Positions 58,211 through 64,000 of a DNA stretch of 64,000 nucleotides are shown here, piece after piece. Positions within the stretch are counted from its first letter, which is position 1; every line of letters starts with the position of its first letter. Source of the stretch: a virus; IMG/VR virus record IMGVR_UViG_3300005077_000565, positions 64,001 to 128,000 of that record; one strand, written 5' to 3'. The notes under the pieces were generated by a model. The model saw nothing but the letters and a program-made list of their open reading frames with translations, was not told the origin of the DNA and searched no databases. The translations under genes and the position numbers were made by a program.

Positions 58211-58485
58211 GTCATAGCCCTCGCGAATCCAAATATATTAACAAATGCGAAGTAACCTGTCAACAACAGCGGCCAGACTAGTTTTCTACGATAGTAGGCA
58301 ACGACTGCTGTAACACTACCGACAAAAAATCCCGGATACACCAGTGTAAGATCAGGATCACGTGCGGTGATAGCCAGTGTCAGACTTGCCGACACAGTGA
58401 ATACAAAACTTACTACCTCTAACCAGAAGCTAGTGGTGTCAGTTTCGTAGCTGTGTCGCCAAAAATTAATTATACGCTGAATCAA
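58201..58485 (-). CDS. Small membrane protein
   Basis: 94 aa, three hydrophobic segments. Confidence 0.7.
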   Translation of the reverse strand: MIQRIINFWRHSYETDTTSFWLEVVSFVFTVSASLTLAITARDPDLTLVYPGFFVGSVTAVVAYYRRKLVWPLLLTGYFAFVNIFGFARAMTWL

Positions 58486-58736
58486 AGTGTACGTCCGACT
58501 TTTTCTAGAATAACTTCTAGTTCGTCAAATTCTTCACGTTTCTTGCCGAATTCGGCTTTGTAGGCAATATTGATTGCCTTGTTAAGTACTGCTGGTTTGA
58601 TTTCCAGTTCCTCGGCCACGGCAGTGACAGCATCCTTGAGACCGTCACGCAGAGCCTCCATTTCACTTTTTACCTGAATGCCTTCATTGATAATCTGCTT
58701 TAGTTTAGTTACGTCTGCTTCACCAAAGGTTTTCAT
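58482..58736 (-). CDS. T4 DsbA-like double-stranded DNA-binding protein
   Basis: LKQIINEG..LKDAV..VAEELEIKPAVLNKAI; GGAG RBS. Confidence 0.55.
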   Translation of the reverse strand: MKTFGEADVTKLKQIINEGIQVKSEMEALRDGLKDAVTAVAEELEIKPAVLNKAINIAYKAEFGKKREEFDELEVILEKVGRTL

Positions 58737-58834
58737 GTGTGTAAATCTCCGTTTAATTAAATTGAACAATACAAAATACCAGGACAGTATCTTGCATGTT
58801 CAGATTATACAACGGAAATTTGAAAAAGCAACTG

Positions 58835-59110
58835 TTATTTTTTTCTAGATTCCAGTGCCGCAATTCTAGACTCTAGATCGTCTATTTTTTCAGCTAGATT
58901 GGGTTCTTGCTGGCGCCAGGCATCCACTGGTTGATCCAACCAGCGCCAGCCGTATCTTTCTCTGAAAAAGTCCAGTAGTTGATCAAATTTTCGATAACCC
59001 CAGATGCCCAATTTAGTATCTTTGAGGTAGGCCAACGCGGTTGCGCCGACAATCGAACCTAGAATAGCAGTGTAAATCCAGAGGGTGTCGTCAAAAAGTC
59101 TTGATAGCAT
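58835..59110 (-). CDS. Small protein with N-terminal TM helix and C-terminal coiled coil
   Basis: LWIYTAILGSIVGATAL..KIDDLESRIAALE. Confidence 0.65.
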   Translation of the reverse strand: MLSRLFDDTLWIYTAILGSIVGATALAYLKDTKLGIWGYRKFDQLLDFFRERYGWRWLDQPVDAWRQQEPNLAEKIDDLESRIAALESRKK

Positions 59111-59124
59111 ATTAATATATTGTT

Positions 59125-59220
59125 AGTGCTCACTTTTAACATATACTCGGTAGCGAATCTTTCCATGTTAGCCCAGCAGCCGGGCGCCCTCGCAACTAAG
59201 TGCGGTCCTAAGGGTGTTCT
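59125..59220 (-). ncRNA. Candidate structured RNA (unassigned)
   Basis: GC-rich intergenic segment with stems CCCU/AGGG enclosing CGCA/UGCG, GCCCGG/CUGGGC, UAACAU/AUGUUA, and a possible UUCGCU/AGUGAG pseudoknot. Confidence 0.5.
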
Positions 59221-59859
59221 TTACTTCCAGGCAACTAATTTAAACCGTTCTTCAACGATTCCGAAATAGTTACACTTCCAGGCACTCTGCCCAAAAAAAT
59301 CTAGGTTAATCCACTGATCTTTATGTGCTATAAGGTATTTAGCGCCGTCAATCCAGTCAATATTACGTAAAATTTTCTCGGCTGTGAATTTATTATCCAC
59401 TGCCTCCTGGTAATCAAAACAATCGTATTCCCAGTGTAATAATTCAAAGCAATTACCACTGCGATCCACGTAGTCCAGACTAAAATCCAGACCCCACTTG
59501 GGTTTTAAATTTATTAATTTGTAACATAATGGTACTACCCCGGCCCAACGAGATAATTCCTCCAGTGCCGGCCCAGTGTAGCCCTTACGCTCAAAAAGTA
59601 AACTATGATTCAATACCGGGCCCGACACTGACTCATCTTGTAAGAACCAGGGTTTTTTAATTGCCAGCTGATGTTCGCGATGATTGCTGTATGCGGTCTG
59701 ATTTGCATCAGCATATAGTTGTTCGATGGGTGTTAGTTCATAGCCGTTCTGATCAAATAAATGAAAGTCCTTGGCAATGGGTGGAAAAGACTTGCCAATG
59801 GGAACATCCCAGAACCCATTGGCATCGAATAAATTGTCAGAACTATATATGGAATTCAT
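59221..59859 (-). CDS. Hypothetical phage protein
   Basis: 212-aa ORF (FDQNGYEL..LNHSLLFERKGY..PKWGLDFSLDY). Confidence 0.75.
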   Translation of the reverse strand: MNSIYSSDNLFDANGFWDVPIGKSFPPIAKDFHLFDQNGYELTPIEQLYADANQTAYSNHREHQLAIKKPWFLQDESVSGPVLNHSLLFERKGYTGPALEELSRWAGVVPLCYKLINLKPKWGLDFSLDYVDRSGNCFELLHWEYDCFDYQEAVDNKFTAEKILRNIDWIDGAKYLIAHKDQWINLDFFGQSAWKCNYFGIVEERFKLVAWK

Positions 59860-59883
59860 TGTGTCTGTGTGTAGTATAGTAAT

Positions 59884-60723
59884 TTAAACGATTCCCAGTG
59901 CACGCAACGATGCAGGACCAACAATACCGTCAGGGACTAATCCTTGGCTGCGCTGCCAGGCCATGACTGCTTTTTCTGTACCAGGACCAAAATTACCATC
60001 AGCAGCCAAGCCTAGTGCCTGTTGCACTGCTACTACCGTTGGACCATTGCTTCCACGCTTGACAGTTTCATGTGAAACCTCTGCTGGTTGCCAATCACCA
60101 CCTAAAATGTGCAGAGCATGTTCGTAATGCTTCTTACGATCTTCCAGCCCAATGGTCCCGCCGTTGATTCTTTTGGTCATACCGAGAATATCGCCGGCAT
60201 CGGCCCACTTATTCAGTTTATTGACATCCCAGAACCAGCATGCGCTCTCGAGTGCACCTTTTTTAGTGCCCAGATACTTTATAGCATCATCAATGCTGAT
60301 ACTTAAACTTTCGGCAAATTTTGAATAATTATCATGACCAGTGAGCTGTATTACACCACGTCCACGATACTTCCATCCATCACCACTGGCAGTGTCGCCG
60401 TTGCCCATGCGATTTGCGTATACAATATTGGCAATTCTTTCTGGTTGGCGATGGTATTGCTGTGCATCACGTCCAGCCTTGACAAAGTATTTGGGGAATA
60501 CTGCGTTCAGTGAAGTTGCACTGTAATTTAAGTTCTCTTCGAGAACTCTGAAATTTCCACTTTCATGAGCACACTGCGCGATAAACCCAGCGACACGTGG
60601 AACGGTGTTGATATCATAGTGTGGGAAAATTTCATACATGGCCTCAAACCATTGATCAGCATCATTATTGCCATGAAGAATTTCTCTAACTTGCTCCACA
60701 GTAAAATCAAACTCAAAACTCAT
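59884..60723 (-). CDS. GH19-family endolysin with C-terminal peptidoglycan-binding domain
   Basis: FIAQCAHESG, EENLNYS, YRGRGVIQLTG..NY; ADGNFGPGTE..WQ..GLVPDGIVGP; AAGGAG RBS. Confidence 0.92.
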   Translation of the reverse strand: MSFEFDFTVEQVREILHGNNDADQWFEAMYEIFPHYDINTVPRVAGFIAQCAHESGNFRVLEENLNYSATSLNAVFPKYFVKAGRDAQQYHRQPERIANIVYANRMGNGDTASGDGWKYRGRGVIQLTGHDNYSKFAESLSISIDDAIKYLGTKKGALESACWFWDVNKLNKWADAGDILGMTKRINGGTIGLEDRKKHYEHALHILGGDWQPAEVSHETVKRGSNGPTVVAVQQALGLAADGNFGPGTEKAVMAWQRSQGLVPDGIVGPASLRALGIV

Positions 60724-60770
60724 GTTATCTCCTTGCGTACATTTTGTACGTATATATTTATTTTCCATCA

Positions 60771-60796
60771 AAGAAAAGCCAGATTAATCTGGCTTT
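60771..60796 (-). terminator. Intrinsic terminator after the 60813..62387 gene
   Basis: Palindrome AAAGCCAGATTAATCTGGCTTT followed by TCTTT. Confidence 0.65.
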
Positions 60797-60812
60797 GTAG
60801 AATATTTAACGA

Positions 60813-62387
60813 TTATTTTTCGTTAATTTTACTCTTGATGCTAGTATAAAAGTCATTGGCCTGTTGCTCTAGTTGCTCAGTGGTCGATTCACTTTTGGCA
60901 ACTTTGTCGGCAATTTTGTGTGCCTTTTTAATGGTGGACTTTTTCAACGGTGGACGATCTCCAGTGGTTTTCATCGCCTGTGACATACCCACAGCGTAGG
61001 GGTTTTTTGCACGCTCTTCAATTTGGGATTCTTTGACACCGGGTCGACGACCAGTTACTGGGACACCGGATTTTTTCTGAAGATCTCTGATAAGTTCCTC
61101 ATCATCGGGTGCAATCATATTGGCAACACGACGTGCTCCGGATTTGATTCGATCAACAACACCAGGACGGTCACCGGCTCTGCGCATACTGGGATTTAGG
61201 TCCAGCGCAGTCTGTGTGTGGCCTCCTTCAGACATGGCATCAGCAGCCGCGGGCACTGTGGTGTGGTGGTGATGTGGATTCAGTGCCATATATTCAAGAT
61301 AATGTTTGACCGCACTTAAATCTTCACTGGCACGTGTAATTTTTGCTTGAATCCAGGGCTCTAGATTATCAGTGTCCTGAATCATACCATGTAAACCAAT
61401 GGCATACTTGGCAGTTTTATATAATTGGCTCTTGGCCATCCAGCCGTCTTCATCAGTGTCGTCTAGCACACCTTCGGAAATATTTTTTTTGTTTGACATA
61501 GTTGTTTCACCTATTTTGTTTTGTTGTTCTGGGACCCAGTTACGACGATCAGCGTCATGATCATAATTGTCAGCGTCTTCCTGATCACTGTCTGCATAAT
61601 CATTGTAACTTACATCGCTGCTATGAAATGCCCGTTTACCATGGTTATATAAGTTTACTATTACAAATAATTTATCTTTTCCAAATTCTGCAATTTCACC
61701 AGTGGCACCACTGAAACGGACACCGCGCCCGGTGATTACTACAGGATCTCCGATGTTCAATGTCTCGGCATTTTCGTGCATCATGTCAACGTCGGGTTCA
61801 CCAAAAACACTGACATAGTCGGACATGTCAAGAGTATCACCGTCAACTGCTGCCTGGATCATACGATCTACCACCACATGTAGATCAACATCAGTCTTGG
61901 CGTCTTCGCGTGCATATTCCAGAGCACGCAACAAGAACGGAACATCCATTTTTACAATATCCTGGACATTCTTCTCTACTGCTTCGGCGGACATTTGTGG
62001 GCGATTGTAGGATTCTAGATCTTGTTCCACTTGTCGAACCCAGTTACTCACATCGCTGGTGCCAATTTCATCGACGTCGCCGACCCAGTCAGCAACGTTG
62101 TCCACTGCTTGCATAACAACCTCGGGCCCGTATTTGGCTAATAGATCTGTACGTTGCATTAGGATACGACGAATAATAGATTGTGCCACTGGACCATCGT
62201 CTTCGCCGGCATTGTCTAGATAACCTTCTTTTATTAGGCCCTGTCTGATGTATTCCTGACGCTGATGCTCAAGTTCTTGTAGTTTGGCATCCCAGTGACG
62301 GGCACGCTCATCCATGTCATAACCAGATTTTTTTAATTGCTTGCTTAGTTTGTCTGCAAATTTGTTTTTTATTTGTTTGTTTGACAT
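60813..62387 (-). CDS. Modular, probably head-packaged (internal) protein
   Basis: Unrelated charged modules separated by [ILVM]-x-E motifs (LIKEG, MHEN, ISEG, MSEG, VKES, IEE). Confidence 0.55.
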   Translation of the reverse strand: MSNKQIKNKFADKLSKQLKKSGYDMDERARHWDAKLQELEHQRQEYIRQGLIKEGYLDNAGEDDGPVAQSIIRRILMQRTDLLAKYGPEVVMQAVDNVADWVGDVDEIGTSDVSNWVRQVEQDLESYNRPQMSAEAVEKNVQDIVKMDVPFLLRALEYAREDAKTDVDLHVVVDRMIQAAVDGDTLDMSDYVSVFGEPDVDMMHENAETLNIGDPVVITGRGVRFSGATGEIAEFGKDKLFVIVNLYNHGKRAFHSSDVSYNDYADSDQEDADNYDHDADRRNWVPEQQNKIGETTMSNKKNISEGVLDDTDEDGWMAKSQLYKTAKYAIGLHGMIQDTDNLEPWIQAKITRASEDLSAVKHYLEYMALNPHHHHTTVPAAADAMSEGGHTQTALDLNPSMRRAGDRPGVVDRIKSGARRVANMIAPDDEELIRDLQKKSGVPVTGRRPGVKESQIEERAKNPYAVGMSQAMKTTGDRPPLKKSTIKKAHKIADKVAKSESTTEQLEQQANDFYTSIKSKINEK

Positions 62388-62388
62388 T

Positions 62389-63102
62389 TTATCTTCCGGT
62401 ATTGAATTTGTTTTTTAGAGCATTTATAGCAACTGTTTTATGCTCGGGCGATGCATCACTTGACGCGATGTCGCGGATCATTTTATTTAATCTTTGCTCG
62501 AATTCCCATTCAGGATCAGTGTCTGCTACGGGCATATCACGCACGGGTTCATCTTTAGGGCGTATATTGGATAGATCATGTCTCACAGCACCGGCTCCGA
62601 ATGTATGACCATGTGGGTTAATTGGATTGACAAATTTTAAAGATTCGCCAGTTACCTCTTCGACACTGACAATCTTAGCCCGGCTGTAGTGGCGTGCAAA
62701 ACGTTCGCGTGCTGTGCGTTCTGATTGTGCGTGAACACGGAATCGTTTACGTCCGCCTTCGGCTAGGTCAGCGGTAATGATGAAACTGCGATTCATAGTA
62801 CGAGCAGCGTGTAGCAGTCCGCTGGGATCACTTTCCTGTACGCCTTGCTCATCTAATGCATCGCCGACGTTCATAGGTTCATCGCCCACAGACGGTTTAT
62901 ACTCTGCTGGCTCTAGTCCACGGATAGCACGATAGGCAGCATCTAGAATTTCCATCTTTGTAGGATGATCCAAACCTGCGTACCAGGATTCTCGTTGCAG
63001 TTGATCAAACACTTCTCGGCGTTCTGCGTTCTCAAAATCTTCGTCATAGTCCCAGTAAGTGAACTGCTTTCTCTGGCCTTCGATGTCAAAAGTCAGCACC
63101 AT
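62389..63102 (-). CDS. Modular internal-protein-like ORF (frame continues upstream to about 63200)
   Basis: LDEQGVQES and VTGES motifs; the upstream in-frame sequence reads SEGISVVKSDYDLDQMVLTF. Confidence 0.55.
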   Translation of the reverse strand: MVLTFDIEGQRKQFTYWDYDEDFENAERREVFDQLQRESWYAGLDHPTKMEILDAAYRAIRGLEPAEYKPSVGDEPMNVGDALDEQGVQESDPSGLLHAARTMNRSFIITADLAEGGRKRFRVHAQSERTARERFARHYSRAKIVSVEEVTGESLKFVNPINPHGHTFGAGAVRHDLSNIRPKDEPVRDMPVADTDPEWEFEQRLNKMIRDIASSDASPEHKTVAINALKNKFNTGR

Positions 63103-63107
63103 CTGAT

Positions 63108-63998
63108 CTAAATCGTAGTCTGATTTAACAACACTGATGCCTTCCGACGATCGTCCTGGCCCACCATGTGCTTGGGAGTACGATACAACCAGTAGCGTGG
63201 CTCACCTTTACCAGCACTCTGTGTGCGTGTCCACAGCGTGTATCCACTCTGATAACTAGTGACATCATCGCTGCCCCAGCCTTCCGCCACACCTTGCTGA
63301 CCATATTCGTCTTCAAGACGATCCATCATGTGATCCTGTATTTTTTCAAAGTCGTCATCAGGGTGCAATCCATGGGTCCTAGAAATTTCATCATACATGT
63401 CTTGAAGTGTGCGTTGCACGCCGTGACCCAGTGAACCGCTGAGGCCAGCATAAATCATTTCGTAACCGTCGGCACCGGCGGCCGCAATTTGGGCCAGTGC
63501 CGCATCAATTTCTAACCCGACTTCTTCGTTTACATTCTTACTGGCATTAGGTACGCAGTTGGGGACTGTTTTCCCATTTTTTTTCTTGGTTCCTACTGGA
63601 TGGTATCCCCGCCAGCAAGGGTTGTCTTCGGGATCCTTCAATCCTTCAGTTGTTGAGGCGTTGTCTACTGGAACATTTTTATAGACACGCTTCGCAGGAT
63701 CATAGACAGTTTTCATAGGTCCTTGGCTAGCTAATTTTTTAACCTTGGCTATTTTTTCGTCCCATTCTGGACCGTATTCTGTTTCTTTCGCTTCTTCAAC
63801 ACTTAGTTGCTTTTTAATATAAGCGATACGTTTTGCAATAGCATCTTGCTTGGACCAAAAACTATAGTCGTCGCTGTATTGATACTGTGGATCAAACTCG
63901 GCCTGCAGTTGTTTTAGCTCTGCTGCAAGTGCTGCACGATCCACTGGAGCCGCTGGTTGTGGTGCGGCAGGTGCAGCGGCAGGTTTTCGTGTCTGCGG
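63108..63998 (-). CDS. Modular internal-protein-like ORF, 5'-partial
   Basis: Frame open to the window edge; motifs VEEA, TTEG, VNEE, QQGVAEG; module PCWRGYHPVGTKKKNGKTVPNCVP. Confidence 0.6.
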   Translation of the reverse strand, partial: PQTRKPAAAPAAPQPAAPVDRAALAAELKQLQAEFDPQYQYSDDYSFWSKQDAIAKRIAYIKKQLSVEEAKETEYGPEWDEKIAKVKKLASQGPMKTVYDPAKRVYKNVPVDNASTTEGLKDPEDNPCWRGYHPVGTKKKNGKTVPNCVPNASKNVNEEVGLEIDAALAQIAAAGADGYEMIYAGLSGSLGHGVQRTLQDMYDEISRTHGLHPDDDFEKIQDHMMDRLEDEYGQQGVAEGWGSDDVTSYQSGYTLWTRTQSAGKGEPRYWLYRTPKHMVGQDDRRKASVLLNQTTI

Positions 63999-64000
63999 TC

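Noticed and set aside
59125-59220. Identification as a preQ1 or SAM riboswitch, or as a tRNA
   Set aside because: It has no cloverleaf or T-loop, and I cannot match it to a known aptamer consensus from memory. Kept only as an unassigned structured RNA.
2335-63434. Numerous 60-170-aa antisense or alternate-frame ORFs in the track (for example 6066..6515, 8685..9149, 21821..22321, 39226..39681, 42556..42840, 44810..45253)
   Set aside because: They lie wholly or largely within well-supported genes, lack RBS and motifs, and are best explained as shadow ORFs.
1-64000. CRISPR array, tRNA or rRNA genes
   Set aside because: No regularly spaced direct repeats or tRNA-like sequences were seen; intergenic gaps are mostly under 120 nt.
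1-64000. Alternative genetic code (stop-codon reassignment)
   Set aside because: Conserved genes (polB, thyA, folE, tctA) are full length in the standard code, and coding density is near complete.

Overview
This 64-kb window comes from a large, T4-superfamily-like dsDNA phage (inferred from family-B DNA polymerase, gp45-like clamp, T4-type RNase H, ThyA/DHFR/TK, TATAAATA late-promoter boxes, GH19 endolysin and modular Glu-cleavage-motif head proteins). It has three parts. (1) About 1-34.4 kb is a dense island of tailoring enzymes: nine radical-SAM genes (ten rSAM domains), six HxD..H 2OG-Fe(II)-type oxygenases, carbamoyltransferase, sulfotransferase with APS kinase and a HIGH nucleotidyltransferase, glycosyl- and methyltransferase-like genes, SGNH hydrolases, an Asn-synthetase-like enzyme, a ferritin-like diiron protein, a desaturase, GNATs, SDRs, a complete TctABC transporter and a signal-less DctP. 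A GIY-YIG homing endonuclease has inserted into the nucleotidyltransferase gene and supplied a recoded N-terminus. (2) About 34.4-59 kb is a minus-strand replication and nucleotide-metabolism block. It contains a 7-deazaguanine pathway (FolE, QueD-like, QueE, YhhQ, TGT/DpdA-like) interleaved with a GT-B glycosyltransferase, a nucleotidyltransferase-cupin fusion and the sliding clamp. The TGT-like protein carries a peptide resembling the polymerase's C-terminal clamp-binding motif. (3) About 59-64 kb holds a candidate structured RNA, the endolysin and polyprotein-like virion-internal proteins. All assignments are from motif recognition by eye; no searches were run.
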